Source of the DNA: Paracoccaceae bacterium
GTDB taxonomy: Bacteria > Pseudomonadota > Alphaproteobacteria > Rhodobacterales > Rhodobacteraceae
DNA: 64,000 nucleotides
Reading direction: 5' to 3'
Assembly: GCA_965243215.1 (NCBI GenBank)
Contig: CBDEUJ010000005.1
Location: 936,546-1,000,545, forward strand
The position numbers and the translations under genes are program-made. The notes beneath the pieces were generated by a model. The model was not told the DNA's origin. It did not search any database and worked only from the letters and a program-made list of their open reading frames with translations. This document shows, piece by piece, positions 43,297 to 53,393 of the stretch (the first letter of the stretch is position 1; each line of letters starts with the position of its first letter).

Positions 43297-44193
43297 TCAG
43301 TCCCACTTTGCAACAGGCGGAAGGCTCATAAGGACCGCATTCGCGTCATGGCCGGTTTCCAGGCCGAACTTCGTGCCCCGGTCATAGACGAGGTTGTACT
43401 CGACATAGAGGCCACGATGCCGAAGCTGAACGTCCTTTTCCTGTTCGGACCACCGGGTCAGGCGGCGACGCTCGAGGATCGGCAGATATGCCTTGAGAAA
43501 GGCGCGGCCAACATCCTGCGTGAAGGCGAAGTCCGCCTCCCAGTCACCGGTGTTCCAGTCGTCAAAGAAGATTCCGCCGACTCCCCTCGGCCGCCCCCGA
43601 TGCTTCACAAAGAAATACTCGTCCGCCCAGGCCTTCAGGCGTGGATGGATGTCGGCGCCGTGCGGATCGCAATGGGCCTTCTGCACGGCGTGGAAGTCAG
43701 CCGTGTCCTCTTCGTGCTCGATGCACGGGTTCAGGTCGGATCCACCTCCGAACCACCAAGCGCCGGGCGTCCAGAACATGCGCGTGTTCATGTGAACGGA
43801 CGGCACATGGGGATTCTGCATGTGCGCAACAAGCGAAACGCCGGATGCCCAGAAGCGCGGGTCCGCGTCCATTCCCGGCACGCCGCGCGCCGCCATGGCC
43901 GCTTGCGCGCGTGCACCGAGCGTGCCGTAGACTGTCGAGACGTTCACGCCGACCTTTTCGAAGACCCGTCCGCCACGCAACACGCTCATGAGACCGCCGC
44001 CCGCATCAGAGCCGTCATCCGACGCGCGCCTGGTTTCGGTGATCTCGAACCGGCCCGCCGAACGGTCCGACTCCGGGCCGTTCACGTGAGTATCCTCGAC
44101 ACCCTCGAAGGCGGCCACGATTTCGTCGCGCAGGCTCCTGAACCATGAACCGGCGCGCGCCTTCCTGTCTTCAAGGCATTCTGTCATCTGCAT
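43297..44193 (-). CDS. hemF: oxygen-dependent coproporphyrinogen III oxidase
   Basis: FEKVGVNVS.V.G, GVSLV.H..NP..P..H.N.R, WFGGG.DL.P and RGRPRGVGGIFFD. The start is chosen at 44193; 44223 and 44187 are also possible. Confidence 0.85.
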   Translation of the reverse strand: MQMTECLEDRKARAGSWFRSLRDEIVAAFEGVEDTHVNGPESDRSAGRFEITETRRASDDGSDAGGGLMSVLRGGRVFEKVGVNVSTVYGTLGARAQAAMAARGVPGMDADPRFWASGVSLVAHMQNPHVPSVHMNTRMFWTPGAWWFGGGSDLNPCIEHEEDTADFHAVQKAHCDPHGADIHPRLKAWADEYFFVKHRGRPRGVGGIFFDDWNTGDWEADFAFTQDVGRAFLKAYLPILERRRLTRWSEQEKDVQLRHRGLYVEYNLVYDRGTKFGLETGHDANAVLMSLPPVAKWD

Positions 44194-44506
44194 GTCCGTT
44201 CTCAGCCCGTGCGGCCCGGTCACGAATCCGGTAAAGCACCTGGTTCATGACTTGGCCATACGGATTTACGCAAATGGCCGCGCCGCCGACGTGACCGTCC
44301 GGCCTCGTCAGCGGTTGCGACAGGACATGCAATCTCCGGCTCAAGCCGCCTTGTCCTGACCGGTTTCGCTGCCTATAGAACGCTTCGTGACCTGCAAGGC
44401 GATCATAATTCGAATTACGTGCCCGGCGCTCTGACAGGCGAGCCGCCGGGTATAGCGTGCCGAGACTCTCCTTCGCTCGAAAATCCACCCTTCAAGGACA
44501 CTGACA

Positions 44507-47473
44507 ATGTGTGCCGACACACCCGACTACAAGGATACGCTGCACCTTCCCGACACGAAATTCCCGATGCGCGCGGGACTGCCCGGGCGCGAGCCTGGCT
44601 GGCTGGAGAGATGGGAACGGATCGGTGTCTATGACCGGCTGCGCGGCAAGCAAGGACGCGCGCAGTTCACGCTTCACGACGGCCCGCCTTACGCGAACGG
44701 ACACCTGCATATCGGGCACGCGTTGAACAAGATCCTGAAGGACATGGTGGTCCGCTCCCAGCAGATGATGGGCAAGGATGCGCGCTATGTCCCCGGCTGG
44801 GATTGTCATGGCCTGCCGATCGAGTGGAAGATCGAGGAGCAGTACCGCAAGAACGGACGCGACAAGGACGCGGTCGACGTGGTCGAGTTTCGCCAGGAAT
44901 GCCGGCGCTTCGCCGAAAGCTGGATCGACATCCAGCGAGACGAGTTCAAGCGTCTCGGCGTGACCGGCAACTGGGCCGATCCGTATCTGACCATGGACCA
45001 TCACGCCGAACGCGTCATCGCCGAGGAATTCCAGAAATTCCTCATGAACGGAACGCTTTACCGAGGGTCCAAGCCCGTGATGTGGTCGCCTGTCGAGAAG
45101 ACGGCGCTGGCGGAAGCGGAGGTCGAGTACCATGACCACCATAGCCACACCGTCTGGGTGAAATTCCCCGTCGTGGCCCTTGATCGCGGCGCGGCGGCTG
45201 CAGGCGGAGATTCAAGGTCGAAGCAGGCCACGGGCAAGGATGGGGAATTGCGGTCATCGCGCCTGGAAAGCGCGAAGGTCGTCATCTGGACGACGACGCC
45301 ATGGACCATCCCGCAGAACCGGGCCATCTGCTTCGGACCCGACATCAGCTACGGGCTCTACGAAGTCACGGGACGTCCGGAGGAGTGCTGGGCGAAAATC
45401 GGCGACCTGTATCTCATCGCCGACGACCTGGCCGAGGCGACGCTCTCGCAGGCTCGGCTGGACACCACGATGTACCGGCGTCTCACGGATGTCGATGTCG
45501 CGGAACTCGCCGCCATCACCTGTGCGCATCCCCTCAGGGGCCATGCAGACAACGGGGAATGGGACTTTGACGTACCGCTCCTGAATGGCGACCACGTAAC
45601 GGCGGAGGCTGGCACCGGGTTTGTGCACACCGCGCCGTCTCATGGCGATGACGACTACCAGATCGGGCTGAAGCATGGCCTGCCGATGACATACAACGTG
45701 CTTGAAGACGGCTCGTTCCGCGAGGATCTCCCGTTCTTCGGCGGCGCCGTCATCGTCAAGCCGAACGGCAAGGAAGGCGACGCGAACAGGCGCATCATCG
45801 ACAAGCTTGCCGAAGTGGGTGCGCTGATCGCGCGCGGTCGCCTTGTCCACAGCTATCCGCACTCCTGGCGATCGAAGGCGCCGCTCATCTTTCGCAACAC
45901 GCCTCAGTGGTTTGCGGCCATCGACCGCCCCGTGGGTGACGGACAGGACGAGCATGGCAAGACCATACGCGAACGCGCGCTGACGGAGATCGACAATGTC
46001 CGCTGGACGCCGCCGTCGGGTCGCAACCGTCTCCATTCAATGATGGAAGCCCGTCCCGACTGGGTTCTCTCGCGCCAGCGCGCCTGGGGCGTGCCGCTGA
46101 CCTGTTTCGTCAGGATCGGCGCCAAGCCGGAAGATCCCGACTTCCTGTTGCGCAACGACGCCGTGAATGCCCGGATTCTCGACGCGTTCGAGAAGGAGGG
46201 CGCGGATTCCTGGTACAGGCCAGGCGCAAAGGAACGCTTTCTCGGCAATGATGCCAACGCGGACGACTACGAGCAGGTTTTCGACATCCTCGACGTCTGG
46301 TTCGACTCCGGATCAACCCACGCCTTCGCGCTTCGCGACCGTTTCGACGGCACGGAGGACGGCATCGCCGACCTGTATCTCGAAGGCACGGACCAGCATC
46401 GAGGCTGGTTCCACTCGTCCTTGCTGCAGAGCTGCGGCACGCAGGGTCGGGCGCCCTACCGTGGCGTGCTGACCCACGGCTTCACGCTGGACGAGAGAGG
46501 CAACAAGATGTCCAAGTCACTCGGAAACACGATCGTGCCCGACGAGGTGGTCAAGCAATATGGAGCCGACATCCTGCGTCTCTGGGTTGCCCAGACGGAC
46601 TACACGGGCGACCAGCGCATAGGGCCGGAGATCCTGAAGGGTGTCGCAGACAGCTATCGGCGCCTCAGGAACACGATGCGCTTCATGCTCGGCAATCTTG
46701 CGGGATTCTCGGAGGACGAACGCGTTGCGCCAGCTGACATGCCCGAGCTGGAAGCCTGGATCCTGCATCGCATGGCGGAACTCGATCACAAGCTGCGCAC
46801 GCGATATGCAGCATATGATTTCCAGGGAGTCTTCCGGGCCGTTTTCGAGTTCGCGACTTCCGATCTCTCGTCCTTCTACTTCGACATCCGGAAGGACGCG
46901 CTCTACTGCGACGCCCGCGACGGCCTGACCCGCAGGGCGGCACGAACCGTGCTCGACCTGCTGTTTCACAGGCTGACGACCTGGCTTGCTCCCGTTCTCG
47001 TCTTCACGACAGAGGAAGTGTGGCTGGAGAGATTCCCCGGCGACGACTCTTCCGTGCATCTCGCCGACATTCCCGAGACCCCAAAGGACTGGCTGAACGA
47101 GCCGCTTGCCCAGAAGTGGGCAGGCATCCGGCATGTTCGCCGGGTCGTGACGGCCGCGCTTGAAATCCAGCGGCGGGAAAAGCGGATCGGCGCTTCCCTC
47201 GAAGCCGCACCCATCGTTTGTGTCGAGGATAGGGACGTTCGCGATGCGCTGAAGACCGTGGATTTCGCGGATGTCTGCATCACGTCATCCATTTCCGTCA
47301 CGGGAGATCCCGCGCCGGCAGAGGCATTCCGGCTGCCAGAGGCGAATGGGGTCGCCGTGCTCTTCGAGAAGGCCGAGGGAAGCAAGTGCGAACGCTGCTG
47401 GAAGATCCTGCCGGACGTGGGCACGCATGCGCATCCAGGAACCTGCGCCCGTTGCAATGCCGTGCTCGGATGA
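44507..47473 (+). CDS. ileS: isoleucine--tRNA ligase
   Basis: DYKDTL.LP.T.FPMRAGL, PYANGHLHIGHALN (HIGH), KMSKSLGN (KMSKS), and a C-terminal Zn finger CERCW...CARC. Confidence 0.95.
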   Translation: MCADTPDYKDTLHLPDTKFPMRAGLPGREPGWLERWERIGVYDRLRGKQGRAQFTLHDGPPYANGHLHIGHALNKILKDMVVRSQQMMGKDARYVPGWDCHGLPIEWKIEEQYRKNGRDKDAVDVVEFRQECRRFAESWIDIQRDEFKRLGVTGNWADPYLTMDHHAERVIAEEFQKFLMNGTLYRGSKPVMWSPVEKTALAEAEVEYHDHHSHTVWVKFPVVALDRGAAAAGGDSRSKQATGKDGELRSSRLESAKVVIWTTTPWTIPQNRAICFGPDISYGLYEVTGRPEECWAKIGDLYLIADDLAEATLSQARLDTTMYRRLTDVDVAELAAITCAHPLRGHADNGEWDFDVPLLNGDHVTAEAGTGFVHTAPSHGDDDYQIGLKHGLPMTYNVLEDGSFREDLPFFGGAVIVKPNGKEGDANRRIIDKLAEVGALIARGRLVHSYPHSWRSKAPLIFRNTPQWFAAIDRPVGDGQDEHGKTIRERALTEIDNVRWTPPSGRNRLHSMMEARPDWVLSRQRAWGVPLTCFVRIGAKPEDPDFLLRNDAVNARILDAFEKEGADSWYRPGAKERFLGNDANADDYEQVFDILDVWFDSGSTHAFALRDRFDGTEDGIADLYLEGTDQHRGWFHSSLLQSCGTQGRAPYRGVLTHGFTLDERGNKMSKSLGNTIVPDEVVKQYGADILRLWVAQTDYTGDQRIGPEILKGVADSYRRLRNTMRFMLGNLAGFSEDERVAPADMPELEAWILHRMAELDHKLRTRYAAYDFQGVFRAVFEFATSDLSSFYFDIRKDALYCDARDGLTRRAARTVLDLLFHRLTTWLAPVLVFTTEEVWLERFPGDDSSVHLADIPETPKDWLNEPLAQKWAGIRHVRRVVTAALEIQRREKRIGASLEAAPIVCVEDRDVRDALKTVDFADVCITSSISVTGDPAPAEAFRLPEANGVAVLFEKAEGSKCERCWKILPDVGTHAHPGTCARCNAVLG

Positions 47474-47504
47474 GTCCGGACGCGCCTGAACGGGTCGACC
47501 CTGC

Positions 47505-47969
47505 ATGGATAGGCCAATGCCGACCCTGACCTGCAAGAGCCCGATCGGACCGCTGACCCTGACCGACGAGAATTGCGCGATCACGCGTCTCGACTGGGGC
47601 GGCGGCGCCAACGATTCCACGCCGATGCTGCTTGAAGCGGAACGCCAGCTCGCCCTCTACTTTGACGGCGAGCTGACCGAGTTCGACCTGCCGCTGGCGC
47701 CCAGGGCGTCGCCAAGACAGCTTCGGTTCCTCGATGCGCTGCGCGAGATTCCCTACGGCGAAACGCGAACCTACGGGCAGATGGCCAAGGCGCTCGGCAT
47801 CTCCGCCCAGGCCGCCGGCCAGGCCTGTGGCGCCAATCCCATCGCGATCCTGATTCCATGCCATAGGGTCACGGGAACCGGCAGCCTTGGCGGATTTTCG
47901 GCACCGGACGGAATCGAGAAGAAAATCGCGCTCCTGAAGCTCGAGGGGGCGGCTTCACTCCTCCTTTAG
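47505..47969 (+). CDS. ogt: methylated-DNA--protein-cysteine methyltransferase
   Basis: GETRTYGQMA, NPIAILIPCHRV (PCHR active site), and GGF......K..LL..EG. Confidence 0.85.
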   Translation: MDRPMPTLTCKSPIGPLTLTDENCAITRLDWGGGANDSTPMLLEAERQLALYFDGELTEFDLPLAPRASPRQLRFLDALREIPYGETRTYGQMAKALGISAQAAGQACGANPIAILIPCHRVTGTGSLGGFSAPDGIEKKIALLKLEGAASLLL

Positions 47970-48374
47970 GATCATCGTCGTAAGCTTGGGGTCCCGGCCC
48001 TCCGCCCTTGGCAGTCCATCGGCAATCTCGTAGTAGTCGCCCTTGTCCGCGCAATAGATGTGCCCGGCAAGTCCGAGACCGGTCGGCTTGTCAAGCGTCC
48101 CCGCAAAGATCGACAGGTTCTCGCCGGGACCGTCCCAAAACAGGTTCGAGCCGCAGGTGCCGCAGAATCCGCGCCGCGCGACTTCGGAGGATTCGTACCA
48201 GCGCGGCTTGCCGGAAATCTCCACGGCACCTCGAGGCGCGGATGTCGCCGCCACATGATGCCCGCTCGTCTTTCGGCACTGACCGCAGTGACACGCAATG
48301 ACCGGGCGCAGCGGTCCCCTCACGGAATAGGCAACCTGCCCGCAAAGGCAGGATCCTCTGTGAACTTCCGGCAT
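47955..48374 (-). CDS. GFA family protein (glutathione-dependent formaldehyde-activating/CENP-V fold)
   Basis: GSCLCGQVAY......VIACHCGQCRK.SG and FCGTCGSNLFW. Confidence 0.8.
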   Translation of the reverse strand: MPEVHRGSCLCGQVAYSVRGPLRPVIACHCGQCRKTSGHHVAATSAPRGAVEISGKPRWYESSEVARRGFCGTCGSNLFWDGPGENLSIFAGTLDKPTGLGLAGHIYCADKGDYYEIADGLPRAEGRDPKLTTMILKEE

Positions 48375-48588
48375 TGGGCCCTCCCTTCAGGCATCCGTTG
48401 CCAGCCAAGCATGCCGGCGACCCCCCCGGCATGACTTTCCGTGCCGGGCGGATGCGGCCAGTTGCACGCATGTCCGCGAAAGGCAAGTCCGTCTGTCGGG
48501 TCCGCCCTTGATCAAATGACGCTCCACATCCGGACCAAGACATCGTATTCTGGCTGGGAGGCAGGAAACAAGACGGGCACCGAGCAAA

Positions 48589-50709
48589 GTGAGCGGGCCG
48601 AACAAGATGCGCCGGGCGCGTGCTGCCGGCCGACGTCGAGCAGCACGGCCAAGTGCGAAGCCGCGGAGAAGGCCGGGTCTGGGCAGGCTCCTTCTGGTCG
48701 CTCCGGTCGCCTGGCTGCTGCGAACGCTTGCGCGGATCACGTGGAGCATCGGCTGGCGCGTTTCCCTGGTCGTCACAATTGCCGTTGCATGCGCGGTTCT
48801 TCTATTCGCGGCCACGCTTCCGCCCCTGCCGGAAATCGTGGATGCCCGTTCCCGCGGATCGGTCACGCTCCTCGACCGCGACGGTGCCGTCTTCGCGTGG
48901 CGTGGCGAACAGTTCGGAGGCACGATCACGCCGGACAGTGTTTCGCCGCATCTCAAGAACGCTGTCATCGCGACAGAAGACAAGCGCTACTATCGGCATT
49001 TCGGCATTTCGCTCAGGGGCATTGCCAGCGCGATCCGCATCAATCTCCAGGAAGGCCGCGGCCCCTTTCAGGGTCACGGCGGTTCGACGATCACGCAGCA
49101 AACGGCAAAGCTGCTGTGCGTCGGCAAACGCTACAGGCCGGAGACAGGCATGTCCGAGTCGGAATTCGAGGCGGACTGTCGCCGCACGACCCTGGGCCGC
49201 AAGGTCTGGGAAGCCGTCTACGCCTTGGCGATGGAAGCCCGATACTCCAAGGACGAGATCCTCACCATCTACCTGAACCGGTCCTATCTCGGTGCCGGCA
49301 CACGCGGATTCGAGGCCGCAGCGCAGCGTTACTTCGGGATTTCGGCCAGAGATGTCGGACCGGCGGAAGCGGCCATGCTTGCCGGCCTTCTGAAAGCCCC
49401 CAGCCGCTACGCGCCAACCGCCAACCTGCAACGCAGCAGGGACCGCGCGGCGACGATCGTTCGGCTGATGGAAGAGCAAGGATACCTCTCTGCAAGCGAG
49501 GCTGCGCATGCCCGCGAGCGCCCTGCCCGACTGTCGGCCGCCGCTGCCGCCCGCGCCGGCGGCTATTTTGCGGACTGGGTCATGGATCTTGGCCCGCAAT
49601 TCCTCACCCGGGACACGACCGAAGATGTCGTGATCCGCACGACACTCGACCGGGGCGTTCAGGCGGCCGCGGACAAGGCGCTGCAATTCGTCTTCGACAC
49701 CAAGGTCCGAGAAGGCTCCAAGGCACAAGCCGCCATCGTCGTCATGGGCGCAGACGGCGCGGTCCGTGCCATGGTGGGCGGCAGAAAGGTCAAGGGCGTC
49801 GCAGGCCAGTTCAATCGGGCGGTTCAGGCCAAGCGGCAAACAGGGTCGGCCTTCAAGCCCTTCGTCTACGGCGCTGCCATGGACCTTGGCTTCAGGCCAC
49901 ACATGCAAGTCCGGGATGAACCGCTCTGCCTTGACGTCCGCGGCTCAGGCACATGGTGCCCCGAAAACTATGCCCGCGAGTACAAGGGTGTCGTTACGCT
50001 TGAGGAGGCCTTGGCCGAGTCGCTGAACATACCGGCCGTCAAGGTGTACGAACGCATCGGACGGGACGCGGTCGTGCGCGTCGCGTCGGGATTCGGGATC
50101 AATGCCGATGCAGCTGCCGGACCGGCAATGGCGCTCGGCACCGTGGAATCGACGCTTCTCGACATGACCGGGGCCTATGCCGGCATTCTGAACGGCGGCT
50201 CGTCGGTGGTGCCCTACGGCTTGGTGGACTTGCGCATCAAGGGCGACGATGCGCCACTTCTCGAGCAGACCGGCGGAGCGAGCGAACGCGTGATCAGCGA
50301 ACCGGCTGCCCGGCAACTCGTCTACATGATGAACCGGGTCATCGAGGTCGGAACCGGTACGCGCGCGCGCCTTCCCGATCGTCCTGCCGCAGGAAAGACC
50401 GGCACCACGCAGGCGGCAAGGGACGCATGGTTCATCGGTTTCACGGCGGACTACGTCGCCGGAGTCTGGATGGGCTACGACGACAACACTCCGCTCGTCG
50501 GAGTGACCGGAGGCGGCCTGCCGGCCGAGATATGGAAGGAAACGATGATTGGCGCCCACGAAGGCCTGCCGGTCCGCAGGCTTCCAATGCCGGATCGAGA
50601 CGCCATTGCAAGCGCCGTCCCCGAACGACAGGCCCCGGGCCGGGCGCCGCAAGGCAACTTTGCCGAGCGCATGATCATCGGCATCCTGAACGGAATCTTC
50701 GGACGGTAA
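48589..50709 (+). CDS. class A penicillin-binding protein (glycosyltransferase + transpeptidase)
   Basis: GTG start. The GT51 motifs are ATEDKRYYRHFGIS, GGSTITQQTAK and RKVWEAVYALAMEARYSKDEILTIYLN. The TP motifs are SAFKPFVY (SxxK) and KTGTT. Confidence 0.9.
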   Translation: MSGPNKMRRARAAGRRRAARPSAKPRRRPGLGRLLLVAPVAWLLRTLARITWSIGWRVSLVVTIAVACAVLLFAATLPPLPEIVDARSRGSVTLLDRDGAVFAWRGEQFGGTITPDSVSPHLKNAVIATEDKRYYRHFGISLRGIASAIRINLQEGRGPFQGHGGSTITQQTAKLLCVGKRYRPETGMSESEFEADCRRTTLGRKVWEAVYALAMEARYSKDEILTIYLNRSYLGAGTRGFEAAAQRYFGISARDVGPAEAAMLAGLLKAPSRYAPTANLQRSRDRAATIVRLMEEQGYLSASEAAHARERPARLSAAAAARAGGYFADWVMDLGPQFLTRDTTEDVVIRTTLDRGVQAAADKALQFVFDTKVREGSKAQAAIVVMGADGAVRAMVGGRKVKGVAGQFNRAVQAKRQTGSAFKPFVYGAAMDLGFRPHMQVRDEPLCLDVRGSGTWCPENYAREYKGVVTLEEALAESLNIPAVKVYERIGRDAVVRVASGFGINADAAAGPAMALGTVESTLLDMTGAYAGILNGGSSVVPYGLVDLRIKGDDAPLLEQTGGASERVISEPAARQLVYMMNRVIEVGTGTRARLPDRPAAGKTGTTQAARDAWFIGFTADYVAGVWMGYDDNTPLVGVTGGGLPAEIWKETMIGAHEGLPVRRLPMPDRDAIASAVPERQAPGRAPQGNFAERMIIGILNGIFGR

Positions 50710-50789
50710 CGGCCCGAGGCGCCTCTGCAGTCAAGGCAGTTGGTTCGAACCGATGAGCCCCTGCCACGGCGCGTCCCCCGGAGCGGTGG

Positions 50790-51431
50790 CTAGGGAACCG
50801 CATCCAGAAACCGCCGTACGAGATCTGCATCCTTGACGCCCGGAGCACTCTCCACGCCCGAGGACACGTCGACCTGCCGGGCGCCGGTCAGGGCAACCGC
50901 CTCCGCCACGTTTTCGTGGGTGAGACCGCCCGCGAGCATCCAGGGAACGATCCACCGACGGTCTGCAATCAGGGTCCAGTCAAACGAAAGCCCGTTGCCG
51001 CCCGGCAGCTTGCCGTCTTTCGGCGGGCGGGCATCGACCAGGATCTGGTCCACGGCCTTCTCATACTGGTCGATTCTCGCGACGTCGTCCGCGTCGGAGA
51101 TGCCAATCGCCTTCATGACGGGCAGCCGCACGCGGTCCCGGATCTCGCGAGCGCGCTGAGGCGTCTCCGAACCGTGAAGCTGCAGCATGTCCAGCGGAAC
51201 CTCTGCCGTGAGAGAGTCGATGAACGCGTCGTCGGCATCAACCGTCAAGGCAACCTTGGCCACGCCAGGCGGCACGTCCAGCGCCAGCGTGCGTGCCACG
51301 GAGGGCTTCAGGTTCCGCGGAGACGACGGGAAGAAAACGAAACCGACATAGGCGGCGCCGGAGTCAACTGCCGCCGCCAGCGTGTCCGCGGTCGACAGCC
51401 CGCAGATCTTCACTCGTGTCCCGGACTTCAT
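50790..51431 (-). CDS. trpF: phosphoribosylanthranilate isomerase
   Basis: VKICGL......[22 protein letters not shown] and GG.G..FDW. Confidence 0.85.
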   Translation of the reverse strand: MKSGTRVKICGLSTADTLAAAVDSGAAYVGFVFFPSSPRNLKPSVARTLALDVPPGVAKVALTVDADDAFIDSLTAEVPLDMLQLHGSETPQRAREIRDRVRLPVMKAIGISDADDVARIDQYEKAVDQILVDARPPKDGKLPGGNGLSFDWTLIADRRWIVPWMLAGGLTHENVAEAVALTGARQVDVSSGVESAPGVKDADLVRRFLDAVP

Positions 51432-51452
51432 GGGGCGGGTCTACCGCCGCCG

Positions 51453-51800
51453 TCAGCGGCCCTCAAGGATTTCAATGACTTCGTCCTGCGATGCGGAAGA
51501 GTTTCCGGTCTTGCTGAATTCCTGCTCAAGCCTTTGCCGCTCCTTGCGTTCGCTCGCGGCCCTTGCGCGGTGCTTGTGCTCGCGCAACCATTCCCACAGG
51601 AAACCGAGCGCCAGTCCGATCACGCCGGCGGCAAAGAGAACGACGAAGGTTGGCAAGGTTATCTCCCAGTCGAATCCGACCAGGCGCGAAACTTCGGCAG
51701 GCAGCAAGCGCACGCTCAGCGGGCCGCGATTCGCCATCGCGACCGTAATCAGGGCAACTGCCAGAACTCCAAGAAAGAGGACGCGGATGACGCGCATCAT
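51453..51800 (-). CDS. lapA: LapA family protein (DUF1049 inner-membrane protein)
   Basis: It has two TM segments followed by a charged C-terminus, and the conserved ihfB-lapA-trpF neighbourhood. Confidence 0.7.
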   Translation of the reverse strand: MMRVIRVLFLGVLAVALITVAMANRGPLSVRLLPAEVSRLVGFDWEITLPTFVVLFAAGVIGLALGFLWEWLREHKHRARAASERKERQRLEQEFSKTGNSSASQDEVIEILEGR

Positions 51801-52081
51801 GCCTTTCCGTTCAGGCGATCCCTCAACAGCTTTCCGGTCTTGAAGAACGGTACATGCTTTTCGTCGACGCTGACGCTTTCGCCAGTCCGGGGGTTGCGCC
51901 CGATTCGGGACTCCCGCTTCTTCACGGAAAACGCGCCAAATCCCCTGAGTTCAACCCGGTTGCCCCGTGACATCGCATCAATGATCGAATCGAATATGGT
52001 ACTGACGATACGTTCGACATCTCGCTGGTACAGGTGTGGGTTCTCTTCGGCAATCTTTTGCACCAGCTCCGATCGTATCAT
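51797..52081 (-). CDS. ihfB: integration host factor subunit beta
   Basis: Trimmed to [26 protein letters not shown]...[32 protein letters not shown] (cat at 52079-52081). Confidence 0.9.
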   Translation of the reverse strand: MIRSELVQKIAEENPHLYQRDVERIVSTIFDSIIDAMSRGNRVELRGFGAFSVKKRESRIGRNPRTGESVSVDEKHVPFFKTGKLLRDRLNGKA

Positions 52082-52637
52082 CTTCCCCCCCAGTGTGCTT
52101 TGTGGGTCGTCCTGAAGTCCGCGACCGTGGCGGACTATAAGCAGAAAGGCCCGGTTGCGAAACATCCTAACATCCCAAAGTCAGGAATTTCGCGGAATCC
52201 CGCCACATGTTCGATGATTTCAGGCATGAAATCGACCGAGTCATGCCGCAATCGCTTTCTCTGCCACCATCCGAACGGTTGCACAGCGATCTGACATCGG
52301 AGCGATTCGCGGAGTTTCAGAATGTCCCGCGCGCCTGCCCGCCCGGATTCCACGCACATCGCGAACACGGCCGGGCCGGCGCCTCTTGTCCAGCGGACGC
52401 ACGTCTCCCTTGAACGGCACTCTGCTGCTTCGGCCCATCGACAGCAGACAGGCGGGCGCCGCGCAGCGCGAGGGTCGAGCAGGCAGCGGGAATTCGAGGT
52501 TTCTCACGCCCGTCGATATGGTCTACAAGCGTGCCCGTGCACGGGTCGCCGCTCGGCGGCCGGAAATCCAGAACGATGGAAGGCAGGCTGCAGGAGACGC
52601 CTGGACGAAAGGCCGCCAGCTCTGACTGAGGAAACCG

Positions 52638-53012
52638 ATGACCTACGACTACGACGAACAGAACATCTTCGCGAAAATCCTCCGAGGCGAGATTCCCAGC
52701 ACGACGGTCAAGGAAACCGAGCATGCGCTTGCCTTCAAGGACATCGCGCCACAGGCGCCGCACCACGTCGTCGTCATCCCCAAGGGCCCGTACGTGACCG
52801 CGGATCATTTCGCCACTGAGGCGAGCGATGACGAGATCGCCGACTTCTGGCGCACGTTTGGCAGCATCTGCCGCGAGCTCGGCGTGACGCCGGACCAGGG
52901 CGCCGGCTACCGGTTGATCGCGAATGCCGGTTCGGACAGCGGACAGGAAGTCCCGCACTTTCACATGCACATACTTGCCGGCCGGCCCCTCGGCCCGATG
53001 TTGAATTCCTGA
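52638..53012 (+). CDS. HIT family protein (histidine triad nucleotide-binding)
   Basis: IFAKILRGEIP, AFKDI.PQAP.H.VVIPK and QEVPHFHMHILAG (HxHxHxx). Confidence 0.9.
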   Translation: MTYDYDEQNIFAKILRGEIPSTTVKETEHALAFKDIAPQAPHHVVVIPKGPYVTADHFATEASDDEIADFWRTFGSICRELGVTPDQGAGYRLIANAGSDSGQEVPHFHMHILAGRPLGPMLNS

Positions 53013-53072
53013 TATGCTGCGGCTACCGCTTGTCCGCCACGTTTCCAGCACGCAACCGAGGCCCGAGCCAGC

Positions 53073-53264
53073 ATGACCAAAGACACTCAGCGCCAGAAAG
53101 GCCCGCCCCCGCCCGAGTGCGAGACGGTTTCGACATTGCGGGTCGCCTGCGACGGCGGCGAGGGCGCGCTCGGCCATCCGCGTGTCTGGCTTTCGATCGA
53201 CCCGCAGGTCGGGTGGGTGGAATGCGGGTATTGCGACAAGCGCTACGTCTATTCAGGAGATTAG
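53073..53264 (+). CDS. zinc-finger (zf-CHCC) domain protein, NDUFS6-like
   Basis: [15 protein letters not shown]......V.C.YC..RY. Confidence 0.7.
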   Translation: MTKDTQRQKGPPPPECETVSTLRVACDGGEGALGHPRVWLSIDPQVGWVECGYCDKRYVYSGD

Positions 53265-53393
53265 CGGCCAGAACGCCTGGCCGGATTCCGGCGGCAGGCC
53301 TTTGGCCGCCACCAAGGCGCCCTTCGTATCCATGCTTTCCGTGGCGGAGACCATGCGCATCGCCGCCAATGGTTCCGGAACCGCGTTCGGAGC

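Noticed and set aside
52317-53177. 286-aa minus-strand ORF
   Set aside because: Most of it is antisense to the clearly real HIT gene (HxHxH motif). Only its 3' part (52317-52620) is discussed as an unexplained region.
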